Assembly: GCA_051252135.1 (NCBI GenBank)
Contig: JBPOGH010000005.1
Location: 160,001 to 224,000, forward strand
Origin: Verrucomicrobiaceae bacterium
GTDB taxonomy: Bacteria > Verrucomicrobiota > Verrucomicrobiia > Verrucomicrobiales > Akkermansiaceae
DNA length: 64,000 nt
Reading direction: 5' to 3'
A program made the translations under genes and the position numbers. Each line of letters opens with the position of its first letter. Position 1 is the stretch's first letter. This document shows, in pieces, positions 1 to 9,520 of this stretch. A model generated the notes under the pieces. That model was not told the origin of the DNA. It saw only the letters and a list, made by a program, of their open reading frames with translations, and searched no databases.

Positions 1-197
1 GATCTCGTCGGCACCCGGTCAGGTGCGGAAATCACATCGCGCTTCGGATCCTCTAACGGACCATAGCGATTCTCGTATTTCTGCACCTTCTTCTCCAGCG
101 AATCGAGCCGCGCTGCAAGTTCTTCAAGGGTGACACCGGACGCCGACGTGGCAGCCATTCCGATGACAAGAGCGGACAATGTATGATGTAGTCTCAT
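1..197 (-). CDS. Secreted protein, N-terminal part only (possible porin or outer-membrane protein); runs off the window
   Basis: Manual translation from ATG at 197: MRLHHTLSALVIGMAATSASGVTLEELAARLDSLEKKVQKYE..., a signal peptide followed by a short coiled coil, open to the window edge. Confidence 0.55.
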   Translation of the reverse strand, partial: MRLHHTLSALVIGMAATSASGVTLEELAARLDSLEKKVQKYENRYGPLEDPKRDVISAPDRVPTR

Positions 198-206
198 GTC
201 GCGCTC

Positions 207-235
207 TTGCTATTGCGACTGAGTCTCAATAGCAA
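207..235. promoter_or_regulatory. Palindromic operator, Fur-box-like
   Basis: TTGCTATTG-C-GACT-G-AGTC-T-CAATAGCAA, a near-perfect 29-bp dyad between divergent genes, near exbBD-tonB. Confidence 0.5.
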
Positions 236-290
236 CCAATTTCTGCATTTTTCTCTTGTCTCCCTCACACATTCAAATGTAGGTGTGTAT

Positions 291-653
291 ATGCCCACTC
301 CCAATAACGATCCCAATCCTCAAAAGGACTCGCTTCCTCCCAGGGTGGAAGAGGATTTCGTTTCGTATGGGTCCACCTCTCCCCCACCCGCCGATGAATC
401 GCATGATCTGATCCGCACTCAAATCCACCTATCTGAAGCCCAGCGCTCCTACCTCACCAATCAAGCAAAGCTCTCCGGTCTCTCCATGGCCGCCCAAATC
501 CGCCATCTCATCGACGAACAAATGAACCCAACCCAAACAAACTGGGGCAATAACCCCCTCCTCGAGGAAACAGTCGTGGATCCGGAGTTCTCCGGCGCTC
601 CGGACGCGTCCACAACTTCCGATTCTCTCATCTACGGCAGCTACGAAGGATGA
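291..653 (+). CDS. Putative antitoxin with a ribbon-helix-helix/CopG-like domain
   Basis: RTQIHLSEAQRSYLTNQAKLSGLSMAAQIRHLID is RHH-like; ATGA overlap with the downstream PIN gene. Confidence 0.65.
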   Translation: MPTPNNDPNPQKDSLPPRVEEDFVSYGSTSPPPADESHDLIRTQIHLSEAQRSYLTNQAKLSGLSMAAQIRHLIDEQMNPTQTNWGNNPLLEETVVDPEFSGAPDASTTSDSLIYGSYEG

Positions 654-1048
654 TCTTCGTCGACACCTCCTTCTGGATCGCCTTCCGCAATGAACGCGAT
701 CTCCACCACTCTCGCGCCTTGCAGTTGATGCAGGAGTTCTTCCGGCGGCGGGAAACGCTCGTCATCACGGACCACATCTTCGCCGAGACCCACGCCTATT
801 TCGTCCGCTCCGTCCCCAAACGCGAGCAGATCATGCGGGACCTCCTCGATAACCCCATCGTGCGCCACCTCTCCCCCACTCCGGAGGAACGCCAACTCAC
901 CCTCGCCTACCTCCGCGACTTCAAGGACAAGCACTGGTCCTATGTCGACACTCTCTCCTTCGCCATCATCGAGAAGCGTAAGATCAAGGCCGCCGCTTCC
1001 TTTGACGACCACTTCGCCCAACCCGGCACCTTCCAGCTCATCCGCTGA
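650..1048 (+). CDS. vapC: PIN-domain (VapC-type) toxin
   Basis: MIFVDTSFWIA N-terminus, WSYVDTLSF and ASFDDHF motifs, 132 aa. Confidence 0.9.
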   Translation: MIFVDTSFWIAFRNERDLHHSRALQLMQEFFRRRETLVITDHIFAETHAYFVRSVPKREQIMRDLLDNPIVRHLSPTPEERQLTLAYLRDFKDKHWSYVDTLSFAIIEKRKIKAAASFDDHFAQPGTFQLIR

Positions 1049-1113
1049 CCCCATTCGATCTTCATCGATTTGAGCCTTCCGCTCGCGCCTTGTATTTCCC
1101 AACATCGCGCCCG

Positions 1114-1713
1114 ATGCCTTTCGATCTCCAGGACCTCTTCATCAAAGGCGGCGGCTTCATGTGGCCCCTCCTCATCCTGTCCCTCATCTCGGTCGCGGTC
1201 ATCCTCGAGCGCCTCATCTTCTACTCCCTCCACCGCTACCGCGTCGGCTCTTCCATCACTCAACTCCGCGAACAAACGGCCCCCTCCAGGACGTCCAACC
1301 CGCTCCTCAATGTCGCCGCCGCCTTCACCGCCGACATCCCCCAGGGCGAGGAACATTGCCTCAATGTCAGCGAGCGCGAAGCCTCCCGCCTCATCGCTTC
1401 CCACGAGCGCGGCCTCCGCATCCTCGCCCTCATCGCCGCCATCTCCCCTCTCATCGGCCTCCTCGGCACCGTCTGGGGTATGGTCATCGCCTTCTCAAAA
1501 ATCGCCACCCTTGGCGAAACCGTCTCCCCCGCCGACTTCGCCGATGGCATCTGGACCGGACTCCTCACCACCGTCGCCGGACTCCTCGTCGCCATCCCCG
1601 CCATGGCCATGGCCAAGATTTTCGAAGCCCGTGTCGACCGACTCGTCCACGACCTCAACGAAATCACCTCCCACCTTCGCGAGTGGTACTTCACCCGCTC
1701 TAACGAGAGCTAA
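1114..1713 (+). CDS. exbB: MotA/TolQ/ExbB proton channel protein
   Basis: GGFMWPL, SPLIGLLGTVWGM and TTVAGLLVAIPA motifs. Confidence 0.9.
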   Translation: MPFDLQDLFIKGGGFMWPLLILSLISVAVILERLIFYSLHRYRVGSSITQLREQTAPSRTSNPLLNVAAAFTADIPQGEEHCLNVSEREASRLIASHERGLRILALIAAISPLIGLLGTVWGMVIAFSKIATLGETVSPADFADGIWTGLLTTVAGLLVAIPAMAMAKIFEARVDRLVHDLNEITSHLREWYFTRSNES

Positions 1714-1715
1714 AA

Positions 1716-2129
1716 ATGGCCATCACCCGCACACGCCGCATTGACGCCGGGATCGACATGACCCCGCTCATCGACGTCGTGTTCCAGCTCCTCATTTTCC
1801 TCATGGTGAGCAGCCAATTCATCAAGCCCGACCAACGCGTCGAGCTCCCCGTCGGCCCCATCGACAGCTCACCCGTCGACCAGGATTTCGAAACGCTCAC
1901 CCTCACCATCTCTCCCGACAACTCAATCTCACTCGAAGGCGAAACCGTCCCGCTCGATAACCTCGCCAACAAACTGCGCGACGTCATCGCACACACCGGC
2001 GTCACCTCCCTCGAAATCCGCGGCGACCAGGCCTCAAATCTCGGCACCTTCATCACCGTCATGGAAACCGCCCGGGAATGCGGTATCATCGATCTCGCCT
2101 ACCATAAGAAAGATGTCCCCGCGGAGTAG
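1716..2129 (+). CDS. exbD: ExbD/TolR biopolymer transport protein
   Basis: IDMTPLIDVVFQLLIFLMV and IRGD motifs. Confidence 0.9.
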   Translation: MAITRTRRIDAGIDMTPLIDVVFQLLIFLMVSSQFIKPDQRVELPVGPIDSSPVDQDFETLTLTISPDNSISLEGETVPLDNLANKLRDVIAHTGVTSLEIRGDQASNLGTFITVMETARECGIIDLAYHKKDVPAE

Positions 2130-2886
2130 TCATATCCTCATCTGGACCTGCGTCGCCCTCCTCACCCTGGGCCTCCACGCCGCTGCCCTCCTCTGGATCG
2201 CCCTCCCCAAACACCCCGAGCCCAAACAACCCGCTCCCCCCACCCGCCTCGACCTCTCCATCCTCCAACCCGCTCCCCCCACCCCGGATCCCGTCGCAGA
2301 ACCCACCCCGGAACCCGAACCAGTCCAGGAACCCACGCCCGAGCCGGAACCCACCCCCCCACCTCCGCCAAAGATCGAGCCGCCCGTCAAACCGGAACCT
2401 CCCAAGCCCGATCCCGCCATCCTCAAACGCCAGCAAGAAAAAGCCGCCGCCGAACAACGCGAGCGCGACCTCAAAGCCGCCCGCGACCGCGCCCTTGCCA
2501 AAAAACGCATGGACGAAAAACGCGCCCGCGAAAAAGCCGCCCGCGCCGCCCAAGCCAAGCGCGATGCCGTCGCCGCTGCCGCCCGTAAGCGCGCCGCCGA
2601 AGCCAGGCGCATCGCCACCAAGCCCTCCACCATCAGCCGCCGCAAACCCTCCTACCCCCGCTCCGCCATCCGCGCCGGCCACCAGGGCACCACCGTCCTC
2701 TCCATCACCGTCGGCACCAACGGCCGCGTCACCTCCGTCCGCATCTCCAAATCCTCCGGCCACACCACCCTCGATAACGCCGCCGTCTCCGCCGCCCGCT
2801 CCTGGCGCTTCCACCCCGCCAAAAACGGCCTCGGCCAACCCGTCCCCTACACCCTCTCCGCCCCCATCCCCTTCAAGCTGCAATGA
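2113..2886 (+). CDS. tonB: TonB family energy transducer
   Basis: N-terminal TM helix, EP-rich linker, C-terminal PSYPRSA...SSGHTTLDNAAVSAARSWRF. Confidence 0.9.
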   Translation: MSPRSSHILIWTCVALLTLGLHAAALLWIALPKHPEPKQPAPPTRLDLSILQPAPPTPDPVAEPTPEPEPVQEPTPEPEPTPPPPPKIEPPVKPEPPKPDPAILKRQQEKAAAEQRERDLKAARDRALAKKRMDEKRAREKAARAAQAKRDAVAAAARKRAAEARRIATKPSTISRRKPSYPRSAIRAGHQGTTVLSITVGTNGRVTSVRISKSSGHTTLDNAAVSAARSWRFHPAKNGLGQPVPYTLSAPIPFKLQ

Positions 2887-3173
2887 GCCCCTCGAGCCTC
2901 TCCGAACAAAAACTGCTCCGGCTCAAAGCCATCCGAAACCTCAGCGCCGTCGCCTTCGTCCTCAGCCTCACCCTCTCCTGGATCACGGTCTGGTTCGCAA
3001 AAAAAACCACCGCAAAGCTCGAAGCCAATCCAACGATAGCCAAAGAAGAAGTCCTAAATCAAACTTCCTACCTTCTCCCCATCCTCGTCGCCCTCGGCCT
3101 CATCGTCCTCATCTCCGGCATCACCACCCTGGTCGCCATCATCCGCGTCATCATCAAATCAAAAGGCCGCTAA
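2883..3173 (+). CDS. Small two-TM membrane protein
   Basis: ATGA overlap with tonB; two hydrophobic segments. Confidence 0.65.
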   Translation: MSPSSLSEQKLLRLKAIRNLSAVAFVLSLTLSWITVWFAKKTTAKLEANPTIAKEEVLNQTSYLLPILVALGLIVLISGITTLVAIIRVIIKSKGR

Positions 3174-3215
3174 TTCCTTGCCCCATTTTCCCAACCTCCT
3201 AATTTGTCCAACAAC

Positions 3216-4226
3216 ATGAGTTCTCTCAAAGTACACAACGCCATGTGGCCCGGCCTCGTCGGAAAAGAAGAAGGCACCGACCACCCGCCCATCTCCCTCG
3301 AGCGCATGCTCGAACTCACCGACAACTCCGAAGCCCAAGGGCAGAAATACGACGGCGTCGATTACTTCCTCTTCCACCCTCACACCGATCCCGACGCCTC
3401 CGCGGACGAACTGAAAAAAATCGCCGACCTCATCGCGTCCAAAAATCTCAAAGTCGGCACCCTCGTCGCCCCCGTCTGGGCCGGCACCGTCGGAGGCCCC
3501 GCCTTCGGCTCAAAGGACGACCGGGATAACTTCGTCCTCGCCGTCGAAAAAGCCTGCCGCGTTGCAGACATCTTCAAAGCCCACGGCGTTCGCCAATACG
3601 GCGCCATCCGCATCGACACCGCCGGATCCGTCGAGGACTGGGCCAAGGACCCCGCCGCCAACACCGCCCTCGCCGCCGACACCATCAAGCGCGCCGCCGC
3701 CGTCGCAGCCGACCACGGCGAACGCCTCGCCATGGAAGGTGAAATCTGCTGGGGCGGCATCCACTCCTGGAAGGACACCCTCGACCTCTTGGAAGCCATC
3801 GGCCTCCCCGACACCGTCGGCTTCCAGTCCGACCTCGCCCACACCTACCTCTACCTCCTCGGCCACAACGCCCCCGAGCACGCCCTCGTTTCAAAAGACC
3901 ACACCGACGAAGAATTCTGGGCCGCCTACCGCCCCATGGTCGACAAACTCCGCCCCTGGACCATCGACTTCCACGTCGCCCAAAACGACGGCTCCGTCCA
4001 CGGCACCGGCGCGCACGACAAAACCGGCCGCCACTGCCCCGCCGACGACCCCAACGGTAAACTCGACATCGTCGCCTGCTCCGCCGAATGGCTCAAAGAC
4101 CACGCCGACCGCAAAATCGAGCACATCTGCTGGGACGGCTGCATGTTCTCCAACGAACTCCTCGAAGAGCAACAAACCTGGAACACCATCCTCGACACCA
4201 TGCTCAAAGTCCGCGACGCCCAATAG
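3216..4226 (+). CDS. Sugar phosphate isomerase/epimerase (xylose-isomerase-like TIM barrel)
   Basis: [27 protein letters not shown] and HICWDG metal-binding motifs. Confidence 0.8.
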   Translation: MSSLKVHNAMWPGLVGKEEGTDHPPISLERMLELTDNSEAQGQKYDGVDYFLFHPHTDPDASADELKKIADLIASKNLKVGTLVAPVWAGTVGGPAFGSKDDRDNFVLAVEKACRVADIFKAHGVRQYGAIRIDTAGSVEDWAKDPAANTALAADTIKRAAAVAADHGERLAMEGEICWGGIHSWKDTLDLLEAIGLPDTVGFQSDLAHTYLYLLGHNAPEHALVSKDHTDEEFWAAYRPMVDKLRPWTIDFHVAQNDGSVHGTGAHDKTGRHCPADDPNGKLDIVACSAEWLKDHADRKIEHICWDGCMFSNELLEEQQTWNTILDTMLKVRDAQ

Positions 4227-4256
4227 CCAATAAGGAGAGCGGGCGTCCCGCCCGCT
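4227..4256 (+). repeat. REP element, left copy
   Basis: CCAATAAGGAG-AGCGGGCG-TCC-CGCCCGCT: GGAG followed by an 8-bp hairpin; identical to 4919-4948. Confidence 0.85.
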
Positions 4257-4304
4257 TCACCAAAACCCAAGTCCTCAACCGAGCCCCCTCAGCCTCCCAA
4301 AACC

Positions 4305-4901
4305 ATGCCCGACTTCTTCGACAAATCTCAAGAAGTCGCCAAAACCCACCACAACCTCACCCACTGGCAACAAGACCAAACTTGGATCTTCCTCACCTGG
4401 AGACTCGCCGACTCCATCCCCCTCCCCGTCCTCAATAAATGGAAAGGCCAACGCGGCGACTTCCTCGCCTGCCATCCCAAACCATGGGATCAAAAAACTG
4501 AAGCCGACTTCCATCGCCGCTTCACCATGACTCTCGAGCAACACCTCGATGACGCCCACGGCTCCTGCTGCCTCGCCGACCACCATAAAACCGTCGCCGA
4601 CGCCTTCCATCATTTCGATGGCACCCGCTACCATCTCGACTCCTTCGTCGTCATGCCCAACCACGTGCATCTGCTTCTCCAGCCCATCGAAGAACAATCT
4701 CTCGACCAAATTGTCCACTCCCTCAAAAGCTTCACATCCAAAGAGATCAACAAGACTCTCAAGCAATCGGGAACTCTTTGGCAAGCCGACTACTGGGACC
4801 GACTCATCCGAACTCAGAAGCATTTCGATTGGACAAAAAAATACATCGAGAAAAATCCCGCTGAACTCAAACTCGGCACGTTTCACCTCTACTCGAAGTG
4901 A
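4305..4901 (+). mobile_element. REP-associated tyrosine transposase (RAYT, Y1 HUH family)
   Basis: FLTWRLADS, VVMPNHVHLL (HUH), WQADYWDRLIR and YIEKNP motifs; flanked by REPs. Confidence 0.9.
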
Positions 4902-4918
4902 GGATCAAAAGGGAGCCT

Positions 4919-4948
4919 CCAATAAGGAGAGCGGGCGTCCCGCCCGCT
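4919..4948 (+). repeat. REP element, right copy (direct orientation)
   Basis: 30-bp exact copy of 4227-4256. Confidence 0.85.
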
Positions 4949-4949
4949 A

Positions 4950-5003
4950 CCCCCCCAACCAAGCCCCCCAACCAAGCCCCCCAACCAAGCCCCCCCAACC
5001 AAG
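4950..5003. repeat. Tandem repeat (C6-7 AACCAAG) x4
   Basis: Four 13-14 bp units read directly from the sequence. Confidence 0.85.
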
Positions 5004-5183
5004 ATTCGTAAAATCCGCAAGATTCGCAGTCAAAAATCCTCAACCAAGTTTCGTCTATTTCGTATCTTTCGTGGTTACCCAAAACCCAAGCCTTCCATCA
5101 TGGTCCTTGAGCATCGCATCCTGAATGTTCAAAAACCAAATTCCTCTTGCCCCCTCCCCTCCCTTTTCTAACCTGTCACACAG

Positions 5184-6335
5184 ATGAGCAAAAAACCTGT
5201 CCGCATCGGCGTCGTTGGCTACGGCTTCATGGGCCGCACCCATTCCAACGCCTACTCCCAGCTTGAGCACTTTTTCGACACCAACCACGTCCCCGTCAAA
5301 CAGGTCATCTGCGGCCGTTCCGAGGACAAGGTCAAAGCCTTCGCCGAACAGTGGGGCTACGCCGACACCGAAACCGACTGGCGCGAACTCGTCAAACGCG
5401 ACGACGTCGACGCCATCGACATCTGCACCCCCAACGATTCCCACTACGACATCGCCCTCGCCGCCATCGAAAACGGCAAGATGATCCTCTGCGAAAAACC
5501 CCTCGCCCTCAACGGCGAACAGGGCCTCAAGATGGTCGAGGCCATCGAAGCCGCCGGCCTCCCCAACCTCGTTTGGTACAACTACCGCTTCCTCCCCGCC
5601 GTCACTCTCGCCAAGCAAATCGTTGCCCGTGGCGATCTCGGCCGCGTCTACCACTACCGCGCCAACTTCCTTCAGGACTGGACCATGTCCGAGGAACTCC
5701 CCCAAGGCGGTGCCGCACTCTGGCGACTCGATGCCGCCACCGCCGGTTCCGGCGTCACCGGCGACCTCCTCGCGCACAACATCGACTGCGCCCGCTGGAT
5801 CAACGGCGACATCGTCTCCGTCTCCGCCATGACCGAGACCTTTATCAAAGAGCGCGTCCACCAGGAAACCGGAGAAGTCCACCCCGTCACCATCGATGAC
5901 GCCTGCGCCTTCCTCGCCCGTTTTGAAAATGGCTCCACCGCCATCTTCGAATCCACCCGCTACGCCCGCGGCCACAAATCACTCAAAACCTTCGAGATCA
6001 ACGGACACAACAAATCCCTCTCCTGGGACCTCCACGATCTCAACCGTCTCGCCTACTTCGACCACGACGTCCCCGGCGAAACACGCGGCTGGTCCAGCGT
6101 CCACGTCTCCGATGGCGACCACCCCTACACCGGCAACTGGTGGGTCCCCGGCCTCTGCCTCGGCTACGAGCACTCCTTCGTCCACGGCGCCGTCGAGTTC
6201 ATGAAAAGCCTCGATGACCCCAGCGCTGAAAAAGCCTACCCTGACTTCCGCAACGCCCTTGGAACCCAGTATGTCTGCGACGCGGTCTTAGAATCCGCTC
6301 GCACTGGCCAGTGGGTTGAGGTAAAGAAGGCATAA
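5184..6335 (+). CDS. Gfo/Idh/MocA family oxidoreductase
   Basis: [26 protein letters not shown] and GDLLAHNID motifs. Confidence 0.9.
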   Translation: MSKKPVRIGVVGYGFMGRTHSNAYSQLEHFFDTNHVPVKQVICGRSEDKVKAFAEQWGYADTETDWRELVKRDDVDAIDICTPNDSHYDIALAAIENGKMILCEKPLALNGEQGLKMVEAIEAAGLPNLVWYNYRFLPAVTLAKQIVARGDLGRVYHYRANFLQDWTMSEELPQGGAALWRLDAATAGSGVTGDLLAHNIDCARWINGDIVSVSAMTETFIKERVHQETGEVHPVTIDDACAFLARFENGSTAIFESTRYARGHKSLKTFEINGHNKSLSWDLHDLNRLAYFDHDVPGETRGWSSVHVSDGDHPYTGNWWVPGLCLGYEHSFVHGAVEFMKSLDDPSAEKAYPDFRNALGTQYVCDAVLESARTGQWVEVKKA

Positions 6336-6364
6336 GAATCTCAGCACGCTGAGCACACACACGA

Positions 6365-6398
6365 AAAAAGCACTACCTCGCAAGAGGTAGTGCTTTTT
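6365..6398. terminator. Bidirectional intrinsic terminator
   Basis: AAAAAGCACTACCTC-GCAA-GAGGTAGTGCTTTTT between convergent genes. Confidence 0.85.
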
Positions 6399-6417
6399 GA
6401 GTTTGATGATTCGCAGC

Positions 6418-6762
6418 TTACGCAGAAAGCGATCTCTCGGCAGCTGCCCAATCACCTTGGGAATCTCCATAAAATCCGGCTTTGATCCGGCTTTCATAAA
6501 GTTCGTAGGCTTTCTTCGCGATCTCCTCGTGGGAAACTTTCGCGCTGACCGGGGCTTTTGCCACGACAGATTTGGCCGCCTTTTTCGCAGCTTTCTTTGT
6601 CGTCTTCTTCACCGCCTTCTTGGCGACTTTCTTTGCAGCTTTCTTGGCAACCTTCTTCGTCGCCTTCTTCGCTACCTTTTTCGTAGCTTTTTTGGCGACC
6701 TTCTTAACGGCAGCTTTTTTCACTGCTGCTTTCTTGGTAGCAGTTTTCTTTTTCGGAGGCAT
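6418..6762 (-). CDS. Lys/Ala-rich histone H1-like protein with a C-terminal DUF2934-like domain
   Basis: MPPKKK followed by KKATKKVA-type repeats, then SHEEIAKKAYELYESR...DWAAAERSL. Confidence 0.8.
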   Translation of the reverse strand: MPPKKKTATKKAAVKKAAVKKVAKKATKKVAKKATKKVAKKAAKKVAKKAVKKTTKKAAKKAAKSVVAKAPVSAKVSHEEIAKKAYELYESRIKAGFYGDSQGDWAAAERSLSA

Positions 6763-7013
6763 GGGAGTTTTGGTTTGCAGGTTAAGTGCCAACATTTCGC
6801 CGGCACCGCGCGGCGCGGCATGCTCCCAGTTCATGGAATCGTCGAGACTAATCTCGACAAAATTACTCACACCTTTCTCGCCCCTCATTCCAATCACCAA
6901 CACCACCACCGCACCAATTCGCCAGCCCGTTCCAAATCAAAAACGCCCAAAACCACCGATTTTCCTCATTTCGCCATTGAAAAACCCGCTCATCCCACAA
7001 ACCTTCGCCCCGC

Positions 7014-9395
7014 ATGAACGTCTCGCTCAACTGGCTCAAAGAACGCCTCGATTTCGGCACCCGCACTCTCGATGAAGTCTGCGACCTCCTCACCTTCGCC
7101 GGGATCGAGATCGAAGGCCTCCACCCCGTCGGCGTGCAGAGCGACAAGATCGTCGTCGCCGAGATCAAGGAAGCCGTTCAGCACCCCGATGCCGACAAGC
7201 TCAAGGTCACTCAAGTCGACGCCGGCGAGGGCTCCCTCCGCCAAATCGTCTGTGGCGCCAAAAACTACAAAGTCGGCGACAAAGTCCCCTGCTGCCTCCC
7301 CGGCGCGGACCTCGGCGGCTTCGTCATCGGCGAGACCAAAATGCGCGGCGTCGAATCCAAGGGCATGCTTGCCGCCGGATCCGAGATTGGCCTCACCGAC
7401 AAGGAAGACGGCCTCCTCATTCTCGAGACCGATGCCGCCCCCGGCACGCCCGTGAAATCTCTCTTCGATTCCGACACCCTCATCGAGGTCGAGATCACCC
7501 CGAACCGTCCCGACCTCCTTTCCCACTCCGGCCTCGCTCGCGAGCTCGCCGCTCTTCTCCACACCGTCACCAAGCCGGTCGAAAAAAGCCACCCCACCGA
7601 ACTCAAGGAGGACCCCTCGGTCGCACGCACCGATTCCCCCACCTGCCCCTTCTACTCCGCCCTCTCCATCACCGGAGTCAAGGTCGCCCCCAGCCCGGAA
7701 TGGCTCGTCAAAAAACTCGAGTCCATCGGCCTCCGCCCCATCAATAACGTCGTCGACATCACCAACTACGTCCTCCACGAACTCGGCCAACCTCTTCACG
7801 CCTTCGATGCCGCCAAGGTCTCCGGCGCCATCCACGTCCGCCAGGCAAACGACGGCGAATCCTTCAAAGCTCTCGACGAGGAAACCTACGCCCTCGTCCC
7901 CGGGGACTGCCTCATCTCCGATGAAAAAGGCACCGCCCTCGCCCTCGCCGGCGTCATGGGTGGACTCGATTCCGGAGTCACCGACTCCACCACCGACATC
8001 CTTCTCGAGTCAGCCTACTTCACCACCTCGGAGATTCGCCGTACTTCACGCCGTCTCTTCCTCACCTCGGATTCCTCCTACCGCTTCGAGCGCGGAGTCG
8101 ATCCCCAAAACGTCCTTCCCGCCGCCGCCCTCGCCGCCGCCCTCATCATCGAGATCGCCGGTGGCCAGGCCGCCTCTCACACCGTCACCGCCGGAGAACT
8201 CCCCGGAGCCCTTCCCGATGTCGAGCTCGATGTCGACCGCATGATGCAGCTCATGGACAACAGCATTTCCCTCGACGATGCCGGAGCCATCCTCACCCGC
8301 CTCGGCCTGACAAAAGGTGAAGGCAACACCTGGCACATCCCCAGCTGGCGGGCCGACCTCGAACGCTCCGCCGACCTCGTCGAAGAAGTCGCCCGCGTCC
8401 ACGGCCTCGAAAACGTCCCCTCCCGCACCGGCGGAACCGCCGTCGATGAAAGCAAGTTCGACCGCGACTACGACCGCCTCATGGGCCTCAAGCAAAAGCT
8501 CGTCGCCCTCGGCTTCTTCGAAACGCAGACCATCAAACTCATCGCCGAATCACAACTCCGCGACTGCCTCCCTATCCGTCCCCTCATTGACGGCGACCTC
8601 ATCAAGGTCGCCCGCCCCCTCAGCGAAGATCACGCCATCCTCCGCCCCGCTCTCACTCCCGGCCTCATCCAGATCGCCGAGCGCAACATCCGCCAGGGCG
8701 CCAAGTCCCTTCGCTTCTTCGAGGCCGGACGCAACTTCCGAAATGCCGGAGGCGGAAAAGCCACCGACCTCGAGTCCGACTCCATCGCCCTCCTCCTCGG
8801 CGGCGAAGCCCTCCCTCCCTCATGGACCGCCAGCCACGGCCGCAAGCTCGATCTCTTCGATCTCAAAGCCGCCGTTCAGGCCCTCCTCGGCGGAACTGAA
8901 GTCCAATTCTCCCCCCGCCCGCGCGACGGCTTCCTCCTCGCCGGTGACATCCAGCTCGGTGGCAAACCCATCGGAACCTACGCCCAGGTCCTCCCCTCAC
9001 GCGCTCGTGAGATCAGCGCCAACGCAGCTCTCTACCTTGCCGAACTCGACCTCGGAAAAATCCTCCCTCTCCAGAAAGACTTCTTCCAGGTCGAACCCCT
9101 CCCACAATTCCCCGGGTCCAGCCGCGACATCGCCATGGAACTCCCCGTCAGCACCTCAAATGCCGACATCGAAAAAGCGCTCGCCAAGCACAACGACCCC
9201 CTCCTCGTCTCCGCGACCTGCTTCGATCACTTCAGCGACCCCTCCGGTGAAAAAATCGCCGCCGACAAAAAGTCCATCGCCTACAGCTTCCACTACCGCG
9301 CCTCCGACAAAACCCTCAAAGCAAAGGACGTCGATGCCGCCCACGCCAAGCTCCTCGCCCACCTGCAAAAGGCGCTCCCCATGACCCAGCGCTAA
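7014..9395 (+). CDS. pheT: Phenylalanine-tRNA ligase beta subunit
   Basis: HPDADKLKVT, IVCGAKN, EITPNRPDLLS, SSYRFERGVD and C-terminal FDX-ACB (SRDIA) motifs. Confidence 0.97.
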   Translation: MNVSLNWLKERLDFGTRTLDEVCDLLTFAGIEIEGLHPVGVQSDKIVVAEIKEAVQHPDADKLKVTQVDAGEGSLRQIVCGAKNYKVGDKVPCCLPGADLGGFVIGETKMRGVESKGMLAAGSEIGLTDKEDGLLILETDAAPGTPVKSLFDSDTLIEVEITPNRPDLLSHSGLARELAALLHTVTKPVEKSHPTELKEDPSVARTDSPTCPFYSALSITGVKVAPSPEWLVKKLESIGLRPINNVVDITNYVLHELGQPLHAFDAAKVSGAIHVRQANDGESFKALDEETYALVPGDCLISDEKGTALALAGVMGGLDSGVTDSTTDILLESAYFTTSEIRRTSRRLFLTSDSSYRFERGVDPQNVLPAAALAAALIIEIAGGQAASHTVTAGELPGALPDVELDVDRMMQLMDNSISLDDAGAILTRLGLTKGEGNTWHIPSWRADLERSADLVEEVARVHGLENVPSRTGGTAVDESKFDRDYDRLMGLKQKLVALGFFETQTIKLIAESQLRDCLPIRPLIDGDLIKVARPLSEDHAILRPALTPGLIQIAERNIRQGAKSLRFFEAGRNFRNAGGGKATDLESDSIALLLGGEALPPSWTASHGRKLDLFDLKAAVQALLGGTEVQFSPRPRDGFLLAGDIQLGGKPIGTYAQVLPSRAREISANAALYLAELDLGKILPLQKDFFQVEPLPQFPGSSRDIAMELPVSTSNADIEKALAKHNDPLLVSATCFDHFSDPSGEKIAADKKSIAYSFHYRASDKTLKAKDVDAAHAKLLAHLQKALPMTQR

Positions 9396-9401
9396 CCCAA
9401 A

Positions 9402-9424
9402 GGAGCCCGGGCATCCTGCCCCGC
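9402..9424 (+). repeat. Degenerate REP-like element
   Basis: GGAG...GGGCA-TCC-TGCCC, with the same GGAG lead and TCC loop as the RAYT-flanking REPs, just after the pheT stop. Confidence 0.5.
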
Positions 9425-9520
9425 CCATCCGCGCATCCCCTTTCAAGCCAAAAGCCAACCGCCAAAGGCGAAGCGCTCAAACATCCATCCACCTGCGAAC
9501 CTTCAACTCGCCTCGCGCCC

